From Vicugna vicugna (lineage: Eukaryota), in contig MU057936.1 in NCBI GenBank assembly GCA_013265495.1, positions 1 through 64,000 of the forward strand: 64,000 nt of DNA, in the 5' to 3' direction. The position numbers and the translations under genes were made by a program. The notes beneath the pieces were generated by a model, which ran no database searches, was not told the origin of the DNA, and saw only the letters and a program-made list of their open reading frames with translations. How positions within the stretch are numbered: the first letter of the stretch is position 1; every line of letters begins with the position of its first letter. Below are positions 26,216 through 38,845 of this stretch, in pieces.

Positions 26216-27235
26216 ATTTTATTTATTTTTGTATTGAGTTATGTAGTCAGTTTCCAATGTTGTGTCAGTTTCTGGTGTACAGCACAATTTTTCAGTCATA
26301 CATGAATATACATATATTCATTTTCATATTCTTTTTCACCATGAGCTACTTCAAGATATTGAACATATTTCCCTGTGCTATACAGTATAAACTTGTTTGT
26401 CTATTATATATATACCAGTCACTATCTGCAAATCTCGAGCTACCAGTTTATCCCTTCCAACCTCCCTCCTCCCTGGCAACCACAAGTGTGTATTCTATGT
26501 CTGTGAGTCTGTTTCTGTTTTATATGTAAGTTCATTTGTCTTTTTTTTTATTAGATTCCACATATGAGTGATATATTTTTCTTTCTCTTTCTGGCTTACT
26601 TAGAATGACATTCTCCAGGGGCATCCATGTTGTTGCAAATGGCATTATGTTGTCATTTTATGGCTGAATAGTATTCCATTGTATAAATATAGCATCACTT
26701 CTTTATCCAGTCATCTGTCGATGGACATTTAGGTTGTTTCCATGTCTTAGCTATTGTAAATAGTGCTGCTATGAACATTGGGGTGCAGGTGTCTTTTTGA
26801 ATTAGGGTTCCTTCTGGTGGATGTTTGCCCAGGAGTGAGATTGCTGGGTCCTATGGTAAGTCTATTTTTAGTCTTTTGAGGAATCTCCATACTGTTTTCC
26901 ACAGTGGCTGCACCAAACTGCATTCCCACCAGCAATGTAGGAGGGTTCCCCTTTCTCCACAGCCTCTCCAGCATTTGTCATTTGTGGACTTTTGAATGAT
27001 GGCCATTCTGACTAGTGTGAGGTGATACCTCATTGTAGTTTTGATTTGCATTTCTCTGATAATTAGTGCTATTGAGCATTTTTTCATGTGCTTTTTGATC
27101 ATTTGTATGTCTTCCTTGGAGAATTGCTTGTTTAGGTCTTCTGCCCATTTTTGGATTGGGTTGTTTGTTTTTTTCTTATTAAGTCATATGAGCTGTTTAT
27201 ATATCCTTGAGATCAAGCCCTTGTCAGTTTCATCT
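26216..27235 (-). mobile_element. Young 5'-truncated L1 with 18-bp TSD
   Basis: TSD ttaagcaaagatgatttt (26198-26215) / ttaagcaaagataatttt (27236-27253). ORF2 C-terminus [31 protein letters not shown]. Confidence 0.92.
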
Positions 27236-29949
27236 TTAAGCAAAGATAATTTTAAATGCCATTTAACTCATAAAATTAAGATTACAATGGTTTACTAAAA
27301 TGCCAGGTGTAAATAATAGTTTAAATATGTATTCATTTAGGGACCTGAGACTAGTTTTATAAATGCTCTAACTATATTAAATTTTAGAAAATCCTTAAAA
27401 ATTTCTTTGCCCATAAGGTTGTCTGGAAAAAAACATATGTTTTTAAATAGTAAATCAGTGGTATTTGAAATAACTTCTAATACTGTAAGTCTGAAGGAGG
27501 AGGGGGGATCTAGTTAAGCTAAAAGGTTATCCACAGTTAACACATCGTCTTTGAGACTCTAGTAGCCTGAGATGACCCAAGCTCATCTTTTTATTTCTAC
27601 TGGAATTGCATCGAATGTTGGAGGAATAAACTCAATGTAGATGCAGCCTTGGAGATTACAGGAAGTCCTGGGAGAAGCCAGGAATGGCTTCTGATTTGCT
27701 TTTGTGGGTTTTAAGCCCTTGTTTCTGAGCCTCATGCTCTTATCATTTTAGGTTCTGTGCTTTGAGAGAAATGCAGGATTTCCTGAAAGTAAAAAATATT
27801 TTTCTTAAATTTCCCTGAATTCTGTAATAAGATATTTTATCTTTCTGGGCATTATGTTCTAAGGGTTCCAAGAAACTCTGCAGCTATAATTCTGTGCCTG
27901 CAGGCTATTGCTTGTTTTTTGTTTTGTTTTGGTGTTTGATTTTTTTCCTGTGCATAGTCCTGATCACGTTGATTCCTGGTGATTAATGTAATATCCATTT
28001 AGGTCTGAGTAAAATAAGTTATTTTTTTTTTGTTTGGTTTGGTGATAAATCTGAACCACAGTACAGGGCGTGCTAGGTCCAGTCGTTGGGACCCTTTCTG
28101 TTGTGCCCCAGGGCGGTCTCCTCGCCAGACCTCTCTCCTCCCCTTCCCAGGTAGTTAGCTGCTCCCTCCTCCTCACCTCACAGTTCCCTGCAGTATTTGC
28201 CGGGACTTCCTCTCCCAGAGTAAACGGGCCATCTGACCCGGACAGTCTGCTCCTCTGGGACAAGGGCTATCACTGCTCACCCGCTTACACCCAGCTCAGC
28301 TCAGCGCATAAAGTGGAGCATGAATGCATTAACTGAAAGAAAAACCGACACACTGCAGGTTGTCTGGAGTCTTGTCCTGCCTTCACTGCAGTCTCCACAT
28401 TTACAAGAAGGCAAGGAAAACCGAGTCCTTGTCAAGTGGCTGGTCATCTTGATAATCACTCTTGGAATAAGGGGGATCGCCCTCTCCGGGCTTCTTCCAG
28501 CTTTAAACGTCCGTATCCCTAAAAACGGAGGCTGTGATCTCGTGTCCACCGTGCTGCCCACTGCTGACACCTGCCGTGACGAAGTGTGGGCAGGCCTGCT
28601 TCCCCTGGGCATGTGTCCCCCTCCTGGCCTTTCCTGACAACCTCGTTCTGACATCGCGTCCCCCACTGACACTGGCTGGCATGCAATTTGTCAAGGGTTT
28701 GACTGCAGTCTTTTTTTTATTCAATGACAACAGATAACAGTACAAGATCACCTTTCAAAACATCTACAATATAAAATGGAAGAAAACAATGGGAAAATCA
28801 TTTCCCACATGTGGAAGGGAGTGTTTTATGCTCAGTAAAAAGAGTGAAAACTATCAATGAATAAGTGTTTCAAGTGCAGAGATTCTAGACAGTGAAGCCT
28901 CTGTTTACCTCTACAAACAGTAAAACCAAAAATACCAAGGAAGTGTATGAAGGCTTGCTGTTTTTTCACTGAAAAACTGAAACTAGAGTATTTCAGTTAA
29001 AGAAAGGTATTTGGATGCCTCTCTTAATTCAGCATTTGTTTATATATTCCCCCGGCCTACATTTACTCCATCCAAGACAATCTTTTGTAAGTGGAAACGT
29101 CATAATCTCTCTTCCTCTTCCCTACATAAGACTTCTCCCATTTTGTCTATTTTCTTTATTTGCCTGGTATCCTAAATTGTTGTAAATAGTTACTTTGAAA
29201 AAGCATGAAAGATTAATGACCTCAGAGATGTACCTGTCATGTGAACAGGAGATCCTGGAGCTACAGTGGTTTTTCCCAAAAGGAAGAGTTGTGAAATCTT
29301 AGACAGTGGATCCCAGTGTTTAAATGGCAGGATTCTATTATGTGATCTGGAAATACATGAGTCAGAGATACATTGTTAGAACTTTAAAGCTGTGTGTAAC
29401 ATCAGACTTCACTGAAGCAAAGTGTGTTTGAAGTAGACTATATGGGACATAGTTACTCACAATTCAAACTTACACCGACAAACAGTGTCACAGTATTTTA
29501 TAGAATATATTACCTTGTCACAAAAAGTCTGTGATGGAGATGGGTTTCATATTTTTAGAAATCTAGGCTTAAGACAAGATAAGCTTCTCTTTTAATTCTG
29601 TCTTTGACTAAATCCTATAGGAAAGGATAAAGATATATTAAATAGAAATAGCAGGATTAGAAAATAAGGAAGGGATACGGTATGTCAGTTATTCTATAAG
29701 TTAATGTGTAAAATCAAAATGATTCCAGTAAAAATTCTAGCAAGTTATTTTTGGGCAACTGTCAAGTTCACTTAAAAATTATGATGGAAAGTAAGGTTCT
29801 AAGAGAGCCAAGGCAATTTGAAAGAAGTACAAGGAGGCAGATATACTTGAGGGTCTTTCTAAATACCGTATGGTGCTTCACTGATTTATTTTCTGTCGCT
29901 ATGCCAGTAACAGCTGTTTTGATTATTACAGAATCTCCATAATTATCTG

Positions 29950-32900
29950 CTTCTTGGTAAGAAAATTTCTGCCTCAGAGTTAACAGAGGATGCTTCTCTT
30001 ATAAAATTATTTTATTCTTATTTGATGTAATGGATAAAAGTTTGTTCAAAATAATAATAGCCACAATGTATTTGTTCGTTATAGCCTATAAATGATAATG
30101 ATACGATGGACAAGAAGTAATGAATTGGAAATAGTTTGTTATAAGGGACTTGCACTACCTGTGAAGTGATATAGTGTTATTTGAAAGAGGACTTTGATTA
30201 ATTATCCATGTTTAATGCAAACTCAAGGGCAGCCTCTAAAATACTAAAGAGTAGCATAATTAACACTTTAAGAGAGGAAAAAGTGGAATCATATAAAATG
30301 CTAAATTAAAACTAGAAAAATCAGGAAAAGAGTGGAATACACAACTAAAGTAACAAAAAATAAGGGATATGAGTAGAATACAGTAACAGATATAGTGGAT
30401 ATTAATCCAAGTTAATAATACTCACTTTAACATCAGTGGTCTAAATATACCATTAAAGAGACTGTCAGAGTGGGTTAAAAAAAGAAAAACAAGACCCTCT
30501 CTTCCTTGGGAACTTCCTACGGAGCTGGCAGCTATCACTTACTTGGCATCATGACTGTCCTCAGATGCCTCGTGAAGCCCAAGATGGTCAAAAAGAAGAT
30601 CAGGAAGTTCATTTGGCGCCAGTCAGACCAAGATGTCAAAATTAAGCGGAAGTGGTGGAAATCCAGAGGCATTGACAATAGGGTGTGCAGGAGATTCATG
30701 GGCCAGATCCTGATGGCCAATGTAGATTATGGGAGCAACAAGAAAACAAAGCATATGCTGCCCAGTAGCTTCCAGAAGTTGCTGGCCCACAACATCAAGG
30801 AGTTTGAAGTGCTGCTAATGTGCAACTAATCATACTGTGTGAGATTGCTCACAACGTGTCCAAGAACCTCAAAACCATTGTGGAAAGAGCAGCCCAACTG
30901 GCCATCAGAGTCACCAGTCCCAAAGCCAGGCTGTGCAGCAAAGAGAATGAATAGACAGCTCATGTGCACATTGTATTTGTGTTAATAAAACCATTAAACT
31001 TAAAAAAAAATAAAAGACCCAACTATATATTGTCGACAAGAAAGCCACTTTGAATATAAAGAACAGATAGATTAAAAGTAAAAGGATGGAGAAAGATATA
31101 CGATGCCAACACCAATCAAAAGAAAGCTGGAGTAGTGATACTAATTTCAGATGAAGTAGAATTTAGACCAAAGGAAATTATAAGGGATAAAAAGGGTCAT
31201 TACATAATAGTAAAGAGATTAATTCTCTAAGAAGACATACCAATCCTTATTGTGTATGTGCCTAACAAGAGAGCATCAAAATATTTGACGCAAAACTGAT
31301 AGAACTGCAAGGAGATAAAGATTAATCCACTTTCATAGTTGAAGACTTAAAGACCCTTCTGTGAATAATTTGCAGATCCATCAGGCAGAAAAAGTGTGGG
31401 CATAGTTGAACTGACTAGCACCATCAATCCACTAAATCTGATTGACGTGTGTGGAATACTACATCCAGCCACAGTAAAGACATATTCTTCTCAATAAACT
31501 GCTTTTTTTTAAAGTTAAGATTTTAATTGTAATCTCATGAATAACCACTAAGAAAACAACTATAAAAATATACAGAAAAGGCAATTAGATGGGAATCAAA
31601 ATGATACAGTAGAAATAATTAGTCACAGAAAGACAGAAATGGAGGAATGGAGAAGTAAAACAGATAGAAGGCATAGAAAATAATTAGCAAAATGATAGGT
31701 GGAACTCCTTTCCTGTCAGTAATTACTTTAAATATGATGGATCAAATTCTCCAAAGGTGGAGATTGGAAGGATAGATAAAAGAAGTGATCCAACTATATG
31801 CTGTCTACAAGGGACTCGCTTTAGACCCAAAGACACAAATAGCTTGAAAGTGAAAGGACAGAAAAAGATATTAAAAGCATATGTTAACCAAAAGACATTT
31901 GGAGTTTCTATAACTATATCAGACAAAATGGACTGTCAAAAATTACTATAAGATACAGAGAGGGACATTATATATTTATAAAAGGGTCAGTCTTAAAAAG
32001 ATATAACAGTATTATGTACACACCTAACAACAGAGCCCCCAAATATATGAAGCTAAACTGCCAGAACTGGAAGTAAAAATTAACAATTCTACAATAAAGT
32101 TAGAGACTTTAATACCACACTTTTAATAATGGACAGAACAGCTGGATGGAATATCAATAAGAAAAAACACTTCAACAACACTATGAACCAACTAGCAGTA
32201 ACAAACATACGTATCCTAACAGCATCATACACGTTTCTGAAGTGCCCGTGGGATATTACCCAGGCTATACCATATGTTGTGCCACAAAAAAAGTCTTCAT
32301 ACATTTAAAAATACCGCAGTCATACAAGGTTTCTCCTCACAATGGAATGAAACTGGAAATCAATAACGGAATGAGAACTGAAAAAAAAATTCACAAATTT
32401 GCAGAAATTCCACAGTGGCCTCTTAAACAAGCAGTTTAACCATACAGAAGGTCAGAAGGGAAATTAGAAAGTAACTTGAGATAAATGGAAACAAAATGAA
32501 ACATACCAAAATCTATTGGATGCACCAAAAGCATTGCTCACATAGAAATTTATAGTAGTAGTTACTGCTCATATCTAAAAGGGAATAAAATTCCTAACTT
32601 TATGTCTTAAGAGGTGGAAAAGAGATGAGCAAGTTAAACCCAAAAATAGGAGAAGGAAGGAAATGGTAAAGATTAGACTGAGAATAAATAAAATAGAAGT
32701 GTAATCAAATCAATAAAACTAAAAGTTACTCCTTTGGACATTGTCAAAATTGTGAAATCTTTAACTAGAATGACTAAGAAAAAAAAGATTCAAATTATTA
32801 AATCGGAAAGGAGATAAAATCAATAATCAAAACCTCCAATAAAGTCAGAAAGGCAATTAGTAGTTGCCAGGGGCTTGAGGGAGGTGTGAGTGGGGAACGA

Positions 32901-33985
32901 TTGCTGAATGAGTATTGGGTTTGCTTCAAGGGTAGTTGAAATGTTTTGGAACTAGATACAAGTGGTGATTGTACAACATCTTGCATGTACTAAATTCCGT
33001 TGAATTGTACCATTTAAAATAGTTAAGTTTTATGTTATGGAAATTTTATCTCAATTTTATTTTTAAAAAGGAAGTACTGATATGTGAAAATTAATTCAAA
33101 ATATATCACATGTTTAAATGTAAACTCTATTTCAATAAATCTTTTGAAAAGGACATGACAGGTTCTTCTGAATCTAAGGATAGTCAAAGAGTTCTTAAAC
33201 TTGACACCAAGGTATGATGGATAAAAGAACACATTAATGTTCATAAAAAAATAGTGACAACCAAAATTCTGGTGAGAGTGAGGAGAAACTGGATCACTCA
33301 TACATCACTAATGAGAATGCAAAATAGTACAGCTACCCTGGAGAAAGATTTGGCTGTTAAAAAAAAACTAACATGAAAAGATTATAGACCCAGTAATTTC
33401 ACATCTGGGCATCTGCCCCAGGAAAATGAAAACTTATGCTCACACAAAAATCTGTATGTGCATGTTTAGAGCAGTTTTATTAATAATAGCCAAAAGCTGG
33501 AAACAGCTCAGATGTCCTCTGATAGGTTAATGAATAAGCAAACTGTGATATATCTGTATCATGAAATAGTTCTCAGCAATAAAAAGGAAGGAAGTATTGA
33601 AGTAGTAACGTAGATGAATCTCCAGAGAAGTATGCTGAGTGAAAAAAGCCAATCATAAATGGTTATATACTTTATAATTCCATTTATATAACATTCTTGA
33701 AATGACAAAATTACAGAAATGAAGAACAAATTAGTGGTTGCCGAGAGTGAATGAGGGGGTAAACTTGGGATGGAAGTGGTGCCTCATGACAGAGTTTTGT
33801 GGTGAATCAAATGTTCTGTATCTTAACTGTATCGCTGCCGGTATCCTGGTTCTGATATTGTACCACAGTTTTGCAGGATGTTACTTTTGGGGAAAAGTTG
33901 TTAAAAGGTACATAGGATTTCTCTATATTACTTCTTACAACTGAATGGTGATATATAATTATCTCAATTAAAGGTTTAATAAAAT
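29950..33985 (+). mobile_element. Ancient L1 (L1MC-like) fragments, interrupted by the RPL32 pseudogene and a second L1 (L1MB-like, ~31510-33070)
   Basis: Two separate ORF2 starts (..gagtgggtt..aagaccc|aactatatattg.. and DPTICCLQGTRF at 31790). Two different 3' UTRs ending at ~33065 and ~33985. Confidence 0.8.
30498..31010 (+). pseudogene. RPL32: Processed pseudogene of 60S ribosomal protein L32 (eL32)
   Basis: ATG at 30551, [47 protein letters not shown]. Premature TAA at 30827-30829, then a 1-bp deletion; ..[17 protein letters not shown] at 30952-30954. No introns, 5' pyrimidine tract, AATAAA at 30984, poly(A) at 31002-31010, TSD core aagaccc at 30491-30497 and 31014-31020. Confidence 0.97.
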
Positions 33986-34263
33986 TAATTACAATAACAG
34001 CAAACTACAAATGAATGAAATATACTGTTATTGTCAGACTGAGATTTCAGTTATAAAGCATCACATGGGGTTATATTTCTGATAAAAATTACAAAATACA
34101 TTGGAGAAATAATGCTCATGAATGTGTATGTGCCAGATTGCATAACAGAACATATGAAGTAAATCCCAAGACTAGTAAGCAGAAAATTAAAATAATAGGA
34201 AATTTGAGGTTTTTCAGTATTGGCCTTTATTTTAGTGAATCAGTCTAAAACTCATTTGGTAGC

Positions 34264-34627
34264 TGTTCTGGACTGCATTGCGACCTCTCATATTTCATAT
34301 GTTGAACTCCTATCCCCCAGTAGTGTGGAATATGACTATATTTGGAAATCAAGCCCTTAAAGAGGTAATTAAGGTTAAATGAGGTCATATGGGGAGACCC
34401 TAATACAGTATGACTGGTTTCTATAAGAAGGGGAAGAGACTCCAGGGATGTGCATGCCATATGAAAACACAGTGAGAAGGCAGCTGTCTGCAAGCCAAGG
34501 AGAGAGGTCTCAGAGGAAACCAGATCTGCTAACATCTTGATCTTGGACTTCTAACTTCCAGACCGATGAGGAAATAAGCCACCCAGTCCGTGGTATTTTG
34601 TTACGGCAGCCCTAGCAATGTAAAACA
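34264..34627 (+). mobile_element. MaLR solo LTR (MLT1A/B-like)
   Basis: TG...CA ends, 5-bp TSD gtagc (34259-34263, 34628-34632), motifs aggtaattaaggttaaatgaggtcat and atcttgatcttggacttc. Confidence 0.9.
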
Positions 34628-34639
34628 GTAGCTCAGATA

Positions 34640-35033
34640 GGTGACTCTCTAAGACTTGATCTTCTCCTTCCATTGTGAAAATTTTTAATCATGTGGTATC
34701 TGTGCAGTGAAATATTTCTCAGTTCTCTTTGGACCTGGGTCATGAATATGACTACTTCTCATCAGAAGATGAGCAGAAGTGATGAGCGCTAATCCAGTCC
34801 TGACATAGACATAAACACCTCCCAGGAGAGATAGGATTGTCTTCCTCCAATTGCCAGCTGACTATGGTGAAGTGAAAGTCCTAAAAAGAGACCAGAGTCA
34901 CAAGATGGCAGAATCCATCCTTTAACCAGAACATCTATTGCATGAGCAACAAAGAAACTTTTATTAAATTAGGCCGCTGAACTTCACGGGTTTGCTTATT
35001 ATTACAGCAGCTAGAGTTATCGTAACTAGTACA
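34640..35033 (+). mobile_element. Older MaLR LTR (MLT1J/K-like) remnant
   Basis: gagcagaagtgatg...cacaagatgg...ttattacagcagct...aactagtaca. Confidence 0.5.
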
Positions 35034-35114
35034 GACCTACATGTCCATCAAAGAGATTAGTTAAATAAATTATGCTGTATTCAAACAAAAGTATAATAGC
35101 CATTTCTAACATGA

Positions 35115-35436
35115 TAGCACAGAGCACAGAGGATTTTTAGGGCAGTGCAAATACTCTGTATGATAGATAGTCTAATAATGGATGCATGTAATATATTTGT
35201 CCAAACCCATAGAATGGGGAACACCAAGAGTGAACCCTAATGTAAATTATAGACTTTGGGTGATTATGATATGACCATGTAGAGTCATCAGTGTAACAAA
35301 AGTGCCAGCCTGGTGGGGGTTGTTAATACTGGGAGAACCTGTGCATATATGGGGGCTTAGGGTATATGGGAAATCTCTGTCCTTTCTGCTCAATTTTGCT
35401 GTGAGCCTAAAACTTTTTTAAAAAAGAAAAAAAAAG
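35115..35436 (+). mobile_element. L1MC-like 3' end with A tail, inside an older L1 remnant
   Basis: ggatttttagggcagtg...ccaagagtgaaccctaatgtaaattatagactttggg...ctcaattttgctgtgagcctaaaac; same family as the 1060 element, opposite strand. Confidence 0.85.
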
Positions 35437-35769
35437 GCTGAAAATGATGACGTTAGAAGAATCCTATAATTATTAAACATGAAATGTATGTATTAAACAG
35501 AATGCATGTGGTGTTATGCCATTTTGTAACCAGCACCTTTATTGAACTATTTCAGCATCTGTGTATGTACACATACAAGTATTTATAGCCATATGTATAC
35601 TCATACCTCTTTGTATATAAATACATAGGTTATAGTCTGCAGGGACAACTCCTAAAATGTTAGTAGGGGTTATTTCTAACTTTGAGTGATCCCAACACTC
35701 TTTATCGCCCTTTTCTATATTTTTTATTTTTTAAATGGTATTCCTCTGAAAAAAACAATTAGAAAGCTA

Positions 35770-36862
35770 TCCAGGAACAAAAATAATTCTAGGAGAGCTC
35801 AGAGGTCCATCTAAGAAGCTTCAGCAACACAGTGGAGCAAAAATAAAACTGAGAATAACCTCACAAAATGAGTACGAGGCACTGTTTAATTTTGCCTGCA
35901 TCATCCCCTCCTCCAGGCCAGTGCTGCTCAGCACCAAGTTGAACTCTCCAGCCCAAGGGAGTTCCCTTTGCCAGGAAAAGCAGAGTAGGGCAAGTGACCA
36001 GCTTTCCCAGCCTTTCTGAGCATTTCATCAAGGACCCTCTTTGGTTTCACCCCACCCAGAGACTAGCAAAGCTGAGATATCTAGAGATGGCTAGGAGCAA
36101 GGATGAAGGGCAGGGGTACCAGTATCAGCCATGTGGTGGGAGTGACAGCGGTTCCCAGCGCTGCCTGCTCTGCAGGGGACCCAGCAGCCTTTATCGCTGG
36201 TGACCTCAACAGACATTGAGGGTGGATGCTGCAGACATCCCCTCCCGGTTGTCATCATTGAGGACCTCATCATGGACCCCAGCAGACTGTTGGGTAGAGG
36301 CCCCCAAGAGCTTTTGCCACTGTGGAAGCCCTGGGACAGCCATCATGGACCCCCTGTGTATTTCAGCACTGAGTTTTTCCACCCACAGGCTTTAGTATTT
36401 GCGGGTGCCAGCTTCCTGAGTCCCTCTCAATTCCCTCTCACTCCCTCCTGCCAGAACCCGGGGTCTGCACTGGCAGCCAGTTGGCTTCTAGAGCTGCTCA
36501 TGTGCAAGACACCAGCGTAGGCCCCACGGTGAACCCCTGCTGCTGTCCACGCACCCATGGATAGCCCCTGTACCACACAAGTGCATGCTGAAGGCCAAGG
36601 CCCCCACAGATGCTCATGGGCCCAGACCCAGCCATGACATATGTTAGTGGCCTACACAGCACGTGTGCTTGAGAGTCATGCTTTTATATCCTCACCATAA
36701 CAGCTGCAACAAAATGGTAATTTTGTGAGGTGAAGGATGTGTTAACTAACCTTACTGTGGTCAACATTTTGCTATATATACTTGTATCAAATCATCGCAT
36801 TGTACACCCTCAAGTTACACAATGTTATATGTTCATTGTATCTCGGTAGTGCTGGAAAAAAT
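35770..36862 (+). mobile_element. L1 5' UTR-like GC-rich block fused to an L1MA-type 3' end
   Basis: The 3' end at 36670-36862 is clear (gtgaggtgaaggatgtgttaactaac...ttgtacaccctcaagttacac..ggaaaaaa). The upstream block resembles L1 5' UTR. Confidence 0.6.
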
Positions 36863-36885
36863 AATTTTGTGAACCAGTCATGTAG

Positions 36886-37062
36886 CCCAGAGCTTCTCAT
36901 ACTTAATGTACAGACAAAAGAACCTTGGAAATCTTGTTAAAAATGCAGACATGTTGATTCTGATTCGGCAGGTTTGCAGTGAGGTCTAAGATTCTGCATC
37001 CCTAACAAGCTCCCAGGAGATACTGATGCTTCTGATCCTCAGACCACACTTGACATAGCAGA
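36886..37062. mobile_element. MER5-like hAT-Charlie DNA transposon
   Basis: cttgttaaaaatgcaga...gattctgcatccctaacaagctcccaggagatactgatgc...gaccacactt. Confidence 0.75.
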
Positions 37063-38247
37063 ACTCCAGCCAGCCTCCCTGGCTCAGGGATTGGATCAGA
37101 ATTGTGAATTCTCTGAGCTGAAAAATTAAAAACGGAACACCAACCAGAGTGCAATCACTCATCTTTGTCTTGTCCAGGCAAGAACCTGGGCTAAGTGTTG
37201 GGCAGACTGTGAGCTCTGGTTAAAAGGGAAAGTGGTGCTGGAGATGGGACCAGAGGGTTTCTAAGGAGCCTGGCTGGAGATGTGAGACACAGTAGGGGTG
37301 AGAGAAGAATGGGTCAGAAGAGCAAGAGAAAATTATGGGAGGAAGAACACAGACAAGACCAGTATAATCTGGCATTTCTGGTCTTATTTCACTAGGTGAG
37401 CACACTGCCTAGTGCCAGCTTTTCTGTGCTCCTGAGCAACGTGAAGTCCTGAAAAAAGTTCCTTGATGGATATGAGAAGAATTTGAGGAGGCGAAAGGTG
37501 GTCTGCTAATCAGGAAGACAGGGATCTAGCCTTGGCACACCAGGCCAATTTTTTTCTGCTTGTTTCCATGCCTCCTGTGGCTGTGCCACATTTGGGAAGT
37601 TTCCTTTTGGACAGTATCCAAACTGATGGTAAAAATATGGCATACGTTGGAAGAAAACAACTATAAAAAATTTTGGCCTACTCAGAAATATATTTAATTA
37701 TTCTTAGTTTACTGGAGCTAGAAAAATTTCCAGTGTTTTCCTTGTCAAAAGCTAGTCACTATTTATTTTGTTCAGTTAATATAGAAATTTGGGAGAGAGT
37801 GTGTGGGTTGGTCATTGTAACAGTACTTTGGGGGCAAACTTGAAGCATCCATGAGTAGCCAGTTCCACTGCTGGACTTTGTTCCATCAAAGTCTCTTAGA
37901 GGCAACATTGAAAGTCAGAGCATATACTATATTCCCTGCTTGTAAATAAATATGTTGAGGCAAACTGGTAAGTGAGGTACTTGAGCTACCACAGTCCTTA
38001 GGTGCTAATGGATCAGTGTTTCTTCTGCTCCAATGACATGTCCAACAGAAGAAAAAGAAACCAAATGAAAAACAGTATACTTTTAATCTACTAACCAAAC
38101 TTGATTTAAAAATACTTTTGTTTCTCACCTTTCAGTAAATTTTACAATGGTTCTATCTTTAAGGAACTGTAGGTTATTCCAGAGTTAATTTAGCATTTTA
38201 AGAGTTAAGAAACGAATTTGGCATTAGCTAAGCAGCAAACATGGTTG

Positions 38248-38845
38248 TGTTACCGAATTTGTCCTGTGGATCGCCACCTGGGTCCTAGCTTGGCAGAGGC
38301 CCTCTGCCTTGGCAAGGAATGTTCTTTTTGTGTTTGAGTTCGTGCAGCCAAAAATGAAATCAAAATCAAAGCTGAGATTGATGAAGGGCAAGCTTTATTC
38401 AGTAGCCAGAGAATGGAGAAGCTGGAGCTTAGTTTACAAATCAACTTCTCCCTTAATGGCAGGAGGAGCCGAGCCTGATTTTTAAGGCATGAGAAGAATA
38501 AGGGGGAGGTATATGCATAGTCTTCTGGGGAAAGGTGAGGTTTTTCCTGGACATGAGGTGCCATCCTTTTTCTGTCGTTTTTTGATTCTGGAACTTCCGG
38601 TCATGGCAGCTGGAGGGTGTGTCATTTAGCATGCTAATGTAGTAAAATTAGCATATAATGAGACTCAAGGTCAGCTGGAGATTGTTGCTATGTTGGTTTC
38701 AGCTGGTTTCATCCAGTTCTTTTCCTCTTGGCTTCCTTTCTTTGTGTCAAACCCTGTGATTTAAAGATATAGGTTAGTTCCTAATTGAGGAGGGGCTGAT
38801 AAATGATAAATGTCTGAGCAAAATTCTAGCTGTGGCTTGATGACA
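38248..38845 (-). mobile_element. ERV1-type solo LTR, 598 bp
   Basis: tgttacc...gatgaca termini, 4-bp TSD gttg (38244-38247, 38846-38849), minus-strand AATAAA at ~38394-38399. Confidence 0.85.

Noticed and set aside
30506..30829. Functional RPL32 CDS
   Set aside because: Premature stop, frameshift, many substitutions at conserved residues, no introns.
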